Shown piece after piece: positions 10,351-20,720 of a stretch of 64,000 bases of DNA. Where the stretch lies: the IMG/VR virus record IMGVR_UViG_3300014039_000031, positions 7,725-71,724 of that record; one strand, given 5' to 3'. This stretch comes from a virus. The notes under the pieces were generated by a model. It did not search any database, had not been told where the DNA came from, and saw nothing but the letters and a program-made list of their open reading frames with translations. The translations under genes were made by a program, and so were the position numbers. Position 1 is the stretch's first letter, and the number at the start of each line of letters is the position of its first letter.

Positions 10351-10767
10351 TTATTCTCCCTTTTTCTGTTCCTTTTCAGCACGCTCTTTCGCTTTTTGCT
10401 TGCGGCGTTTTGCTCCTGCTTTCTTGCCTTTTTCTTTCACCCAATCAATTTTTTTGTAGTCATATTTCTCAGACCATTTTTCAAAATCTTCCTGCGTAAA
10501 ACAATTTACAAGTTCTGGTACTCCACACTGAATCTCTTTTTTCATATAAGCGCCTTTTTGCCGACCTGTCATTTCATCGGGAAGAACTTCGCCTGTCAGA
10601 TGTTCGTAATTCAAATTCCAATTAAAGCGACTCATTTTACGTGTAGGCATACCTACTTCTGTTGTATAGCGACATTCTTTATTATAGCAAGTTGAATACC
10701 ACTTACTGTTCTTTTTAAAACCATTCACGTTATGCCGCCCGCATACAGGACATTTCGCCATTCGCAT
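10351..10767 (-). CDS. Hypothetical zinc-ribbon protein with basic tail
   Basis: CPVCG...C..C motifs, KR-rich C-terminus. Confidence 0.5.
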   Translation of the reverse strand: MRMAKCPVCGRHNVNGFKKNSKWYSTCYNKECRYTTEVGMPTRKMSRFNWNLNYEHLTGEVLPDEMTGRQKGAYMKKEIQCGVPELVNCFTQEDFEKWSEKYDYKKIDWVKEKGKKAGAKRRKQKAKERAEKEQKKGE

Positions 10768-10814
10768 AAAGTTACTCCTTTCATTTAGGACCTTTTATAA
10801 ATATATTATAACAT

Positions 10815-10848
10815 AAAAAAGCCCTCTAGTCAAATAAAACTAGAGGGC
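10815..10848 (-). terminator. Intrinsic terminator (gccctctag hairpin + U-run on minus strand)
   Basis: Inverted repeat 10821..10829/10840..10848 with A-run on plus side. Confidence 0.6.
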
Positions 10849-10862
10849 TAACGACTTATTTA

Positions 10863-11123
10863 TTAATAATGTGTAAATTCAATTGTATTATCATCATTAG
10901 TAAGATGGTCATATATATCTTTCTTTTTTAGTTCATCTGTTGGTTTGATGTTATTAGGCTGCTGACGCATAATATCATCCATGTAGCTTTCAACCATCTC
11001 CCAATCACTATAAATATCAATTTTATCAAACTTCTCACGAATAAGACTGTCCACGATAATATCATAACGTACAGCCTTATATACAAGATTCTTCAACTCA
11101 GTTTCTTCAATTAAAAGTTTCAT
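10863..11123 (-). CDS. Hypothetical protein
   Basis: ORF. Confidence 0.45.
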   Translation of the reverse strand: MKLLIEETELKNLVYKAVRYDIIVDSLIREKFDKIDIYSDWEMVESYMDDIMRQQPNNIKPTDELKKKDIYDHLTNDDNTIEFTHY

Positions 11124-11915
11124 TTAAAATATCCATTCATCTTCATTTTCTTCTAATTCGAAATCATCAATTAAAATTTGCGGCGTAACGTTTAAAGCAT
11201 ATTCCCAATGAGTATTATGTGTTTGAGAATACGTGCCTTTACAACACATACTAATAGAGCCATGTGGAATACCAGTTTCTTTTTCTGCTTGCCTTGCAGA
11301 TGGATATATAATATTTGTTTCTAAACATTTTACTGGAATTCCGTTACTATGCGTCCCATACATAGGATTTTTATTACCAGTCATATCTAAACTATGTTGT
11401 TTCTTCCATTCTTCTGTATGTGGTGGCCGACTATAGTCGGGGTCTAAGCGCATTCGTTCAAGTCCCTGCATCATTTTTATATGATGTTGCTTTCCTTCTT
11501 CGGTTTCCATAAAATTTTTTGCCCATTCTTTTCTTCTTTCGCGCTCTTTTTCAGTACAATTATATCCACAAATACCTTCTCCACCGCTTGTAAGATTATA
11601 TTGGTCTTTATCTATAAAAGTTTTAAAATAATTTATCCAATAACTTTCTCGTTCACTACCAATATTTTCATAGTCGCTTTTTGGAATTTCTTCTACGATT
11701 TCTATTTGAAAAAATTGTGCTCCATATTTTAAAATGGCATTTTCTACTGCATTTTTTCTCCTATTTGGATTTTTTGCTTCATATACATGACTTAACAATC
11801 GTTTTCTTATATTATTACTTTTTCCTATGTAACTATGTCCATTTATGCTATTAGTAATTTTGTATATTCCAGAGATATTATTATATTTATAGGGAATATT
11901 ATTTAAAAAATCCAT
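11124..11915 (-). CDS. GIY-YIG homing endonuclease, free-standing, C-terminal 25 aa homologous to the RecJ-like gene tail
   Basis: GIYKITNSINGHSYIGKSNNIRKRLLSHV; tail NVTPQILIDDFELEENEDEWIF. Confidence 0.8.
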   Translation of the reverse strand: MDFLNNIPYKYNNISGIYKITNSINGHSYIGKSNNIRKRLLSHVYEAKNPNRRKNAVENAILKYGAQFFQIEIVEEIPKSDYENIGSERESYWINYFKTFIDKDQYNLTSGGEGICGYNCTEKERERRKEWAKNFMETEEGKQHHIKMMQGLERMRLDPDYSRPPHTEEWKKQHSLDMTGNKNPMYGTHSNGIPVKCLETNIIYPSARQAEKETGIPHGSISMCCKGTYSQTHNTHWEYALNVTPQILIDDFELEENEDEWIF

Positions 11916-13618
11916 TCTATTTCATCTTCTTTAGCTACAACTTCAAAATCTTCAACTATAATTTGTGCTGTAACATTCCCCATCCAAGAATTTTTGGAAC
12001 ATTTGCCGACAATGGTTAGTTTCTTTTCTCCGCTTGTCCATTCCTCAAATTCTTCTCTGCTCGATTTAAATTTCATAATATCTACGCCAGAAGGTAGAGA
12101 AATCTTAATCGTAGGATGTCCTTTGGCTTCACCTAGTAGTTGGACATTAACATTATCTAATGGAATATCCTCAATAACAATTTTAGATTCTGGGATACCT
12201 TGACCATAGATATTTAATGCGGCAATATCTAGAACCGTTTTAGGATTAACTTGCATATAGTTCCAAATATAGTCTACATAATAGACTGGTTTAAAGTCAA
12301 TTCCTTGGTATTCTTTGTTGGTTACTTCTAGGAACTTATAATAGTTCTCTAAAGGTATCTCAAACCCGAACGCTGAGGTGTGGCCCTGCGCGAAATCTAT
12401 TAAACCGGTATTTTCACAGAGACTTCTCATATCTTCGATGGGGCAATAAGAATAGTTACGGGCACTGCCACGTAAATGAATTCCGTCTTCTTCTTCGACT
12501 TCTTGAAGTACCAAAGTTGGGTGTTGATATTTCGCTTGAATTTTATTTGCCGCAAGACCTAAAATGGAACTGGGAATATCATCTTTGCCGCATACACAAA
12601 TGATAATGGCATTATCAGTTAATCTCTTCTCTTGGATTTGATATTCAAGAAATTCCATAGCTTCATCTTGCAGCTTGGTTTGTCTACGCTTTACACGTTC
12701 GATAACGGTAATTGCCTCTTGCCAAAGAGGAACCTTTTTCCCTTTTTCACCCCTCTTGGATGATAGAACCATTGTATCACATTTATAGTCCAGAAGAGCA
12801 TTCATAAGCAGCCGTTTCTCAACCATCTCACCACTTCTACACATCGCGTTGATATAAGGGGTAATATAAAACGCCCAACTAAGATAATTAGAACCGTTCA
12901 TTTTATTCAACGAAAATTCCTGCTTTTTTACAAACTCACTAATGAATTTATTATGTAAATTAGACGTGCCTAGTTTGACAATTGCTCGTGTCTCCTGAGT
13001 AGTATATAACATCATATCGCTTAAGTTACCAAGAGCACATAAATCAATATAATCTTTTGCATAATTAAAATTAAAGAGTTCATCTAACATGCGGCAAAGC
13101 TGCCATGTAATGCCTGCACCGCTGAAATCTTTGTTCGGATAATTGTCCAATTGATTATTTACAACAATAGCATCTTCTGAATACTTCTCACATATATGAT
13201 GGTCAAGGCAGCAAACATCAACGTTATTATCTTTGAGATACTTATGTTGTTCATAATCGTTACTAGAAGAATCCGGTAAGATTAACAAATCTGTTGTATC
13301 AATAATCTCGTCTAAATCTATATCTGCAAGACCATGAGCTTTCCCTTCATGGATGACAATATTGGGCTCTTTTCCACAGATGCGATTAATGTAATTTGCA
13401 ATGATGCTAACGCTCGTGCATCCATCCACGTCACAGTCCTGTAAGATGGAGATTTTAGAATCCTTCCACATGCAGTGATTACCAATCATAACAGCAGCAT
13501 CTTTAATGTTCCGAAGCAAATGGTAGTCATTGATACTTTCTAATCCCGCATCCAACCACTTTTCTTGTTCTTCTACTGGAATATCTCTATTATACAAAAT
13601 TTGTTGCAGAGGTGTCAA
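11903..13618 (-). CDS. DHH-family phosphoesterase, RecJ-like ssDNA exonuclease
   Basis: DVDGCTS and LDHH motifs. Confidence 0.65.
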   Translation of the reverse strand: MTPLQQILYNRDIPVEEQEKWLDAGLESINDYHLLRNIKDAAVMIGNHCMWKDSKISILQDCDVDGCTSVSIIANYINRICGKEPNIVIHEGKAHGLADIDLDEIIDTTDLLILPDSSSNDYEQHKYLKDNNVDVCCLDHHICEKYSEDAIVVNNQLDNYPNKDFSGAGITWQLCRMLDELFNFNYAKDYIDLCALGNLSDMMLYTTQETRAIVKLGTSNLHNKFISEFVKKQEFSLNKMNGSNYLSWAFYITPYINAMCRSGEMVEKRLLMNALLDYKCDTMVLSSKRGEKGKKVPLWQEAITVIERVKRRQTKLQDEAMEFLEYQIQEKRLTDNAIIICVCGKDDIPSSILGLAANKIQAKYQHPTLVLQEVEEEDGIHLRGSARNYSYCPIEDMRSLCENTGLIDFAQGHTSAFGFEIPLENYYKFLEVTNKEYQGIDFKPVYYVDYIWNYMQVNPKTVLDIAALNIYGQGIPESKIVIEDIPLDNVNVQLLGEAKGHPTIKISLPSGVDIMKFKSSREEFEEWTSGEKKLTIVGKCSKNSWMGNVTAQIIVEDFEVVAKEDEIEWIF

Positions 13619-13650
13619 ATTATCCAGTGTCGGCTTATATAATTTATAAT

Positions 13651-13878
13651 CTATTTTTCATCAACTCCAAACTCTTTGCACATGCATCCAGCCAATGTCT
13701 TAAAACTTAAAATATAAGGATAAATACGTTTATCTTTAATAGCACACTCAGGAGGAACAAAATCAGTTAATTTTACCTCATGCGGCACATATGGATAAAA
13801 ATAATATTTGCAGTATCGACAACGCTTATGCTTGCGGCGATAGTTAAGAATCTTTAGCTTATCCCTTTTTGTCATCAT
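13651..13878 (-). CDS. Hypothetical Cys-rich small protein
   Basis: ORF. Confidence 0.35.
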   Translation of the reverse strand: MMTKRDKLKILNYRRKHKRCRYCKYYFYPYVPHEVKLTDFVPPECAIKDKRIYPYILSFKTLAGCMCKEFGVDEK

Positions 13879-13989
13879 CTATCACTTCATCCCACCATTC
13901 AGGTTTTACGTCACTTCTATAATGAGTATATTTTTTAATACGCAACCATGTAAAAAAAGATTTGACGCGCCAAGGAAATGGTACATATT

Positions 13990-15066
13990 TCATAGCATAA
14001 TCCTGTTCTTAAAAAGATACATGAATACATCTTTACCTTGGTCTAATGGACTTGCCTTATAATCAAGAATATTTTCTCTATCAAACAATACAGATATATT
14101 CATATATGGTTTATATTTATTGCCAATCTTGGCAATCTTCTCTTCAACCTTTAAACTTTCCTCAGACCCATATTCAGTAAAATCATGGTCATACGCGAGA
14201 ACTAATTCTTTGCAGCCAACATCTTTCAATAATTTAAATTGATATTTAGACAACGAACTGCCGCATGTTGCTACGCAGATATTATTACCAGTACCATAAT
14301 AGGTCATATAATTCAATACCGCTTTTTCACCCTCGACCACAATAGCGGTTTTTATATCTACAATTCTATCTTTCGCCCAATTAAGACCATATAGATTAAA
14401 ACCAAGAGCATGATTATATAGCTGCCCATGTGCTCTCCAAGGTTTATACTTACCATATTGTTCTAATTCCTCAATAATCGTGCGCTGCCTGATACCAACG
14501 CATCTATTGTTTTCATCAAAATGAGGAATCAAAATATTGCCACCAATAGGGTCATAATGAATGTCCGCATAATCACATACCTCTTTAGATATATTTTTCC
14601 AAGAGGAAATAATAGGTTGCGGATAATGGCGGATAATTGATAAATCATATTCAGGTAACTCAATTGAATTATTATTTATCTCTACGTCTTTTTGCTCTTG
14701 GTACCTATTAAAGATTTTCCAATCTTCTATTGTGTCTTCAAGAGTTACAGAATCATCGTCTATTTGAAGATTTAAAAAATTAACTACAAAGTTAATTGCT
14801 TGATTCAGGTCTACGTTTTTTACTTTTTCAATAAGCTCAAAAATATCAAAAACGCCGCACTCTGTATAGCAATTAAACATTTTATTTTCAAAATAATAAT
14901 ATAATTTTTTAGAACCTTCCCCAATACCATTATGGCAAATTGTGCGGGAAATGATGTAATCAGAATACATTTCTGGGTCTGCGCTGAAAAACTCTAATAT
15001 ATTATATACATCTTCTGGCTCAATTGAATCTTTTACTTTATCTTTGTCGTATCCCAATTCCCGCAC
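13990..15066 (-). CDS. dnaG: DnaG-like primase
   Basis: Zinc-binding CHNG...CYTECG and TOPRIM VVEGEKA...LAYDHD. Confidence 0.75.
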   Translation of the reverse strand: MRELGYDKDKVKDSIEPEDVYNILEFFSADPEMYSDYIISRTICHNGIGEGSKKLYYYFENKMFNCYTECGVFDIFELIEKVKNVDLNQAINFVVNFLNLQIDDDSVTLEDTIEDWKIFNRYQEQKDVEINNNSIELPEYDLSIIRHYPQPIISSWKNISKEVCDYADIHYDPIGGNILIPHFDENNRCVGIRQRTIIEELEQYGKYKPWRAHGQLYNHALGFNLYGLNWAKDRIVDIKTAIVVEGEKAVLNYMTYYGTGNNICVATCGSSLSKYQFKLLKDVGCKELVLAYDHDFTEYGSEESLKVEEKIAKIGNKYKPYMNISVLFDRENILDYKASPLDQGKDVFMYLFKNRIML

Positions 15067-15069
15067 CTC

Positions 15070-15399
15070 CTATTCATTTGGTTTCGTAGGGAAAAAATCT
15101 TTAGGGTCTATCAGTTTATAGAAGAAATCTGTTACAAACAATGTTTTATATCTGCAAGTGCCTTTGTCCGCATACATCCAACAAATAACGCGATTATATT
15201 TCCCTCGTCTGTTCTTATATACACTTTTTTTCATATTCGGAACACCAATGCCTGGGTGAGACGCAAGAATTCCTTCAATATCCTGTATGTCTTCTTCTGT
15301 GCAATCCACCATAATTTCACCAAAGTCGATACGGTTTGCAATTGATTTTGCACCCGCTAGCATGGTCTGGTCTAGAATCTTTTCTTGTTTAAAACTCAA
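15070..15399 (-). CDS. dnaB: DnaB-like helicase exon 2 (H4 region)
   Basis: LAGAKSIANRIDFGEIMV ~ DnaB RESGSIEQDADVVMFL; KNRRG ~ KQRNG. Confidence 0.55.
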   Translation of the reverse strand: MSFKQEKILDQTMLAGAKSIANRIDFGEIMVDCTEEDIQDIEGILASHPGIGVPNMKKSVYKNRRGKYNRVICWMYADKGTCRYKTLFVTDFFYKLIDPKDFFPTKPNE

Positions 15400-16429
15400 C
15401 TTATATAAAGTTCGACTATCTCTTATTACTTATATAAATAAATAAAATTCTATTTCGGTTTTCAAATGATTCGTTTCCTAAAACATTGCTACGTATCAAT
15501 AGTAGCCCTACTTCCCCGCTTTGCAACATAGGGAATAGTCTGTACGTATTACATGTTATTTTTATTAATATGCATGGCCTAAACATATATAGCTAATCAT
15601 ACTTAAGCTGCATCTATTATTAAAATATGATTGAATTTCAGATAAAGTTTTTCCTTCTACTCTTAACTCTTTCATTTTAATAACTTCTTCTGGATTAAAA
15701 CGCCTATGCGCTTTTTACAGATTTCGTCATTAGCGACATTTTTATTTAAAGGGTACTCCCTATCATCATCGTGCCAATTAATACCTTTATTAATTAATGT
15801 AATCGTAGCAGAAGAAACATGATACTCATGTGCTATTTCTTTAAAAGTTTGCTCTCTTCTTACAATTTTTTCTTTAATCTCTTCTACTTCTTTTTCGGTT
15901 AATTTTGCCTGAGAGTGCCTTTCACGTTTTAATGCAAACGTCTTTTGCCCACCAGATGCTACATTGTATCCATTTTCATTGATGTCAGAATGAAAATTCT
16001 TTATCCAATATTTTTCTCTTTCGTCTAATTCATCTTTTGAGCATTCCTCTAAAATCTCTAAGGAATATCCTTCACCTATATTTTCATATTTAGCCATCGC
16101 TAAATGAACTGGAAGATTCGTGTCTCTACAATTCTTACTTGTATATTTTTCAGGATGCGACGAACGATAATGTCCTCTATATCTATCATATATATCTACA
16201 CTTTGCCCTACATAACTTTTTCCATTCGGAAAAATTATACGATATATTCCGCAAATTCTCTTTCTCATTTTACCTCCTTTCTTTTTTATAATAAATATAT
16301 ATATTAGCCAAAAATATAATAAAAATAACATGTTTTTACACGGGATTGGCATTTAGCTTTCCCCGTTAGCAATTATTATTAATAATTACCCCAATGATGA
16401 ATTGGAAAAAAATTACTGGCAGCTTGTCA
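15400..16429 (-). mobile_element. Intervening sequence in dnaB with GIY-YIG homing endonuclease
   Basis: Exon 1 ends right after the H3 SNTQIN motif; 16-mer ctacgtatcaatagta at 15489..15504 shared with dnaE intron B. Confidence 0.5.
15672..16352 (-). CDS. GIY-YIG homing endonuclease
   Basis: CGIYRIIFPNGKSYVGQSVDIYDRYRGHY. Confidence 0.8.
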   Translation of the reverse strand: MPIPCKNMLFLLYFWLIYIFIIKKKGGKMRKRICGIYRIIFPNGKSYVGQSVDIYDRYRGHYRSSHPEKYTSKNCRDTNLPVHLAMAKYENIGEGYSLEILEECSKDELDEREKYWIKNFHSDINENGYNVASGGQKTFALKRERHSQAKLTEKEVEEIKEKIVRREQTFKEIAHEYHVSSATITLINKGINWHDDDREYPLNKNVANDEICKKRIGVLIQKKLLK

Positions 16430-17680
16430 TTACAACGGTTTACCATTAATTTGGGTATTTGAGAGCATGAAAATATTATTTTCTACCGCAATATCCTTGA
16501 GTTTTGAGGACATTAGAAACAAAATCTGGTCCTCACGGACTCTCATTCCTGTTCCTTGAGAAATCTCTTCAATCATCTTAATAGAAGATGTTAAATAATC
16601 AAATACTACGCATTGAAACGATAGATAATCAGTGCCTCCTTGCTCATTTACTCTTGGATATTTATATTTGCGGATATTGCGTTTAATGCAATTATCAACA
16701 TCTTTAAGACCATAGTTAGGAAGATATTGCATACGAAGTGGCGCATTACTAAGAATCTCCATAGATTTTCTAAGACGCTCTTCTTCCTCAAACGTTAACA
16801 GCTCAGGGTCAAGAATATGGTCTTCTGGAATATTACCGATAAAAGATAGCGCCATGGTTTGTAACTCTTCAATATCTAACTCAACTGAAATATAAAGAGT
16901 AGGGATACGATTATATAACTTCTCCCATTCACCTCTATCATTATAGTATTCGCTACAGGAAAAGAAACATGCATCGGCAACATCGCTTCTTGACTTGCCA
17001 GAACCGCTAGACCCAGAACGTAAATAAAATTTACCCCGCCGAGCGCCCATAGCAATGGCATCTTCATATGCATCGTACATGGCCCATCCGCGTGCTGGCG
17101 TGTGCCGCAAATCATCTATCAATTCGTTAATTCCATCACCAACAAGGACAGAATCAGAATCGTTATTATTCACATAAAAGTCACGAATGAAATAGAATTT
17201 ACTCTCGATGTCATCGGCTAATTGCTCTAAGCTCGTTCGGTCAAAATATTCATCTTGTGATTGCTTTTTACTTAAATCAAGAATATTATCTGGGTCATAA
17301 ATATCTGATACATCTACGCCAATAGAATCATAAGCTCGAAGAAGGGACATTTTCTTTAAGCGATTATAATAATAATCAAAAGCATCTACGTGCGTATCTT
17401 CAAATGTTTGCATCATCCATTTGCGGCCATTGTTAGCTTTATAGATTGCCAAAGACTTCGGCTTATCCTTTAAGTATGGCTCAATTTCTCGGCCTAAATG
17501 GTTCGTTACACCGCTATTATAAAGATTGTAAAGTGCGCCAAATATCACTTTATGTAAATCATTGCAGAAGTCTTCCTCTGAAAAGAAAAAACGTCCATCA
17601 GAAGCAAGATAGTCTGGCTTATGCATACAGCATCCGATAACCTGAATAGCCGCTTCTGAATCGTAATATTTACTAATCAA
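16430..17680 (-). CDS. dnaB: DnaB-like replicative helicase exon 1
   Basis: DnaB N-domain, Walker A GSSGSGKS, Walker B VVFDYLT, H3-like LSNTQIN. Confidence 0.7.
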   Translation of the reverse strand: MISKYYDSEAAIQVIGCCMHKPDYLASDGRFFFSEEDFCNDLHKVIFGALYNLYNSGVTNHLGREIEPYLKDKPKSLAIYKANNGRKWMMQTFEDTHVDAFDYYYNRLKKMSLLRAYDSIGVDVSDIYDPDNILDLSKKQSQDEYFDRTSLEQLADDIESKFYFIRDFYVNNNDSDSVLVGDGINELIDDLRHTPARGWAMYDAYEDAIAMGARRGKFYLRSGSSGSGKSRSDVADACFFSCSEYYNDRGEWEKLYNRIPTLYISVELDIEELQTMALSFIGNIPEDHILDPELLTFEEEERLRKSMEILSNAPLRMQYLPNYGLKDVDNCIKRNIRKYKYPRVNEQGGTDYLSFQCVVFDYLTSSIKMIEEISQGTGMRVREDQILFLMSSKLKDIAVENNIFMLSNTQINGKPL

Positions 17681-17692
17681 ATATCCTCCTTC

Positions 17693-18268
17693 CTAATCAA
17701 GGTTAAAGCGCTGCTTGGGCCGCAAAATATTTACTGGCCTTGGCCGCACATATACCCTAGGTTTATCATCAATACCTATATCTATATTTTTTGACTTCTC
17801 TTGGTCTGATTTGATTTTTTCCAATCGTTGAAAATAGTTATCAGCATCGGAATAAATAGAATCGACAATCCAAATTCCACCATTTGATTTACTAGGGTCA
17901 TTATGTTTAATATTATACCAATAGTCCAGACTCCTTTCAATCTGCTGGTAAGTCAAGCCATGTTTGATAAGCTGAGATATATTGATACCTATTTTCTTAT
18001 AGTCGGCATATGCGCCTAAGCATTGTGCTGCCAAAGTTATTACACTATCTCGCTCACTCTTGGCTGTTGTTTCTTGATTATTCTTATTATCCCAACAGTT
18101 ATCATGCCAATATCGATTACCATGTTTTGTCCAGTCAAATTCAAAGTCACGGTCAATCATTTGACAGCATCCAGGACATTTTACTAATCTTTGAGCCATA
18201 TACACTCCTATCTTTATAAATATATTATACAATATTCTAGGAGTATTGTCAAATAAAAAAAGAGCCAC
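17693..18268 (-). CDS. Hypothetical zinc-finger protein
   Basis: CPGCC...HDNCW. Confidence 0.45.
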   Translation of the reverse strand: MALFLFDNTPRILYNIFIKIGVYMAQRLVKCPGCCQMIDRDFEFDWTKHGNRYWHDNCWDNKNNQETTAKSERDSVITLAAQCLGAYADYKKIGINISQLIKHGLTYQQIERSLDYWYNIKHNDPSKSNGGIWIVDSIYSDADNYFQRLEKIKSDQEKSKNIDIGIDDKPRVYVRPRPVNILRPKQRFNLD

Positions 18269-18291
18269 CTATATTATCTATAAGTGGCTCT
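18255..18291 (-). terminator. Intrinsic terminator
   Basis: agagccac/gtggctct hairpin + U-run on minus strand. Confidence 0.6.
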
Positions 18292-18302
18292 TGGATATTA
18301 TT

Positions 18303-19319
18303 TTATTTTACATCTACGCCATTGGCTAGTAGTTCTTTAAGGTCATCGAGAATAAGGATAAGCTGCTCTGACTGTTTAGGCGTACAATCATTAACCTTTT
18401 TGCCAGTACCAAGATATTTATCTGTAATCTCAATAATCTTAGGTGCCCACTTCTCCTTAAATTCTGCTTTGTCTACGCTATGTTGAATCTTTGAGGTTAG
18501 TTCTTTAAATTCAGCACGCATAGAATCAAAATCAGGCGTAGCGGCCACTTCGTGCGCGGTCGTTCGTTCGTCTGTAATATACGCGCCATTATCTTCTTCT
18601 GCCTGTTTGTCGATGGCATCTCCAATTGCTTTTACAAGATTGTCGTAATTAAAGTCAATAGAATTCGGAGTGTATTTAAAACGTGACCCAGCAACGAATC
18701 TAGGAGTTCCACGCATATACAGAACAGTATGTGTGCGGCCATCCTCTTCTTCAACGGGATGCGCGTAACCAATAATGTCACTCATTCGGTCTACAATTAG
18801 ACGCGGACGATTTCCAAGCGTAGGAACAATTTGGTTATATTCGTTTCCATTTTCATCGGTAAATGTTTTATCCTGAGAATGGGAAATCATAACCAGACCA
18901 TAACCCATCTGCGGGATAGAACGAAGACATTCATCGAATTCCTTACTAGTTTGGCTCCACCCACCGCCATACGGAATTTCCCTGATAGTGGAAACACCAG
19001 CCTGATTACAAATGTATTTCTCACATAAATCATAAGCAATATCAGCAGTGTCTACGATAATGTTACTGTAAACGTCGTGTGCTTTCGGGTCTTTAAGCTG
19101 CTTCAGAACCTGTTTAAACTCAGACCATTTATTAATTGGAATAGCTTTTACGCCACCAATCGTAAGGTACCCAGCCTCAAACGCTAGAAGTAACGCTTTT
19201 GGGAACTTGGCAGCTGTACTAGTCTTGCCAGTTTTTGGTTCACCATAAAACATAACGGTGTACCCTTCAAGGGAACGACTAACCTTATGTGGCTCTACAC
19301 TAAAAATGTCAATTGCCAT
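18303..19319 (-). CDS. RecA-fold ATPase (Sak4/AAA-like recombination ATPase)
   Basis: Walker A GEPKTGKTS, Walker B-like IIVDTAD. Confidence 0.5.
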   Translation of the reverse strand: MAIDIFSVEPHKVSRSLEGYTVMFYGEPKTGKTSTAAKFPKALLLAFEAGYLTIGGVKAIPINKWSEFKQVLKQLKDPKAHDVYSNIIVDTADIAYDLCEKYICNQAGVSTIREIPYGGGWSQTSKEFDECLRSIPQMGYGLVMISHSQDKTFTDENGNEYNQIVPTLGNRPRLIVDRMSDIIGYAHPVEEEDGRTHTVLYMRGTPRFVAGSRFKYTPNSIDFNYDNLVKAIGDAIDKQAEEDNGAYITDERTTAHEVAATPDFDSMRAEFKELTSKIQHSVDKAEFKEKWAPKIIEITDKYLGTGKKVNDCTPKQSEQLILILDDLKELLANGVDVK

Positions 19320-19377
19320 GTATTTCCTCTTTCTCTAAAAAGTAACTGTAATATAAATTTTAAGAATATCTAAGATG

Positions 19378-19632
19378 TTACTCTTTAACCAGATAAACTA
19401 CAGTACCACGACGCTTAACATCAACTTGGTCGGCATAAGGACAACCTTCTTTGGAAAGTAGACCCTTGAACCCCTTATAAATAGTCCTAGCCGCGCTTTC
19501 AGTCTCGCAATCCATAGACTGTGCTGCATCATCAGATTTTAGAAAATCTTTAATTGGCTGCTCGTATTTAGATACACGTACATTGAGTTCAAAATCAGTA
19601 GGCACTTCGCTCTTTGTAAAATTAAGTTCCAT
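19378..19632 (-). CDS. Hypothetical protein
   Basis: ORF. Confidence 0.4.
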   Translation of the reverse strand: MELNFTKSEVPTDFELNVRVSKYEQPIKDFLKSDDAAQSMDCETESAARTIYKGFKGLLSKEGCPYADQVDVKRRGTVVYLVKE

Positions 19633-19712
19633 TATACATCCTTTTCTCTATATAGGTAGGGGAAACTTTAGTCCCCTACTCTATACTTTTTAGTTACTTT
19701 TAAGAAACAAAA

Positions 19713-20666
19713 TTAGAATGGGAGGTCGTCCCAATCATCGTCATCCTCAGTGGTGGTTTCAGTAACCGTTTCAGTTACTTTTGTAGGTGCATTGAAATTC
19801 TGACCGCCATTTTTCTGTGCCTGATAGTCATCATGATTCTTTTTAACTTCTGCAAGATGCTCTTCACGGTCAGCTAGCTTCTGCTTAAACTCCTTCTTGG
19901 TCAGAGTAGATTCATCATCCCACTCATAAGGCTCAACCGCAGCCCAAGTTACATCCCAAGTACGAATATGGCGCGTAACCTTATGGACAATTGGGTCACC
20001 AAAAGCAGATTCCTCTGTAGTCTCATGGGTGATTGCCTGAGAAACAATATTGCCCTTGATATGTGTAAACATGGGATTTTTATTGGAAATCTCCGCATCC
20101 ATGAAATAATCAATACCACCACGAGAACGGATATTAACATCTACAGGAAGTGCGTCACCACGATAATTAAAGGCATAGCCACGAAGATTTGCGAAATCAT
20201 CACCATCTTCTACCTCGCGCTCTGCAACACCTGCAATCAGCATATCAATATCAAAAGTAGCAGGCTCGGCAGAAATATCGCCTGTCATAAGATGCATAAA
20301 ACTACCAGATACACGCTTGGGAGAAGCCATTTCACCATCGCGGGTTACAAAATCATTTACATCTACAGAACCATCGATGCGAACCTTAAGAGCTTCCTTA
20401 CCAATCTTCTCATAGGTATTGCCGCCATCAGAATCAATTAGACCCTGTAGAATCTCATATGCGGGATTTGGCTTACCGCTCTTAAAAGTCTCAGTTACAT
20501 AAGGAAAAAATACAGGAACGATATTGGTTGCATCTTCATCTGTGGCAACATTTACCGTACCGTTAATGAAAGGCGTGTTGGTCTTCTTAGAAACACGATT
20601 GGCAAGACGCTCAGTGGAAAAAACATAACCTTCGACATGTACTGCATTGTTAAAACTCATATACAA
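19713..20666 (-). CDS. ssb: Single-stranded DNA-binding protein
   Basis: Acidic C-terminal tail DDDDWDDLPF typical of SSB. Confidence 0.55.
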   Translation of the reverse strand: MYMSFNNAVHVEGYVFSTERLANRVSKKTNTPFINGTVNVATDEDATNIVPVFFPYVTETFKSGKPNPAYEILQGLIDSDGGNTYEKIGKEALKVRIDGSVDVNDFVTRDGEMASPKRVSGSFMHLMTGDISAEPATFDIDMLIAGVAEREVEDGDDFANLRGYAFNYRGDALPVDVNIRSRGGIDYFMDAEISNKNPMFTHIKGNIVSQAITHETTEESAFGDPIVHKVTRHIRTWDVTWAAVEPYEWDDESTLTKKEFKQKLADREEHLAEVKKNHDDYQAQKNGGQNFNAPTKVTETVTETTTEDDDDWDDLPF

Positions 20667-20720
20667 TCCCTTTCTTTGTTCTTTTTCTAATTCATTAATT
20701 GTAATTATACTATACTTTGA

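Noticed and set aside
10342-10695. 117-aa plus-strand ORF
   Set aside because: Antisense of zinc-ribbon gene; F/L-rich low complexity
19968-20441. 157-aa plus-strand ORF
   Set aside because: Lies antisense within the ssb gene; spurious
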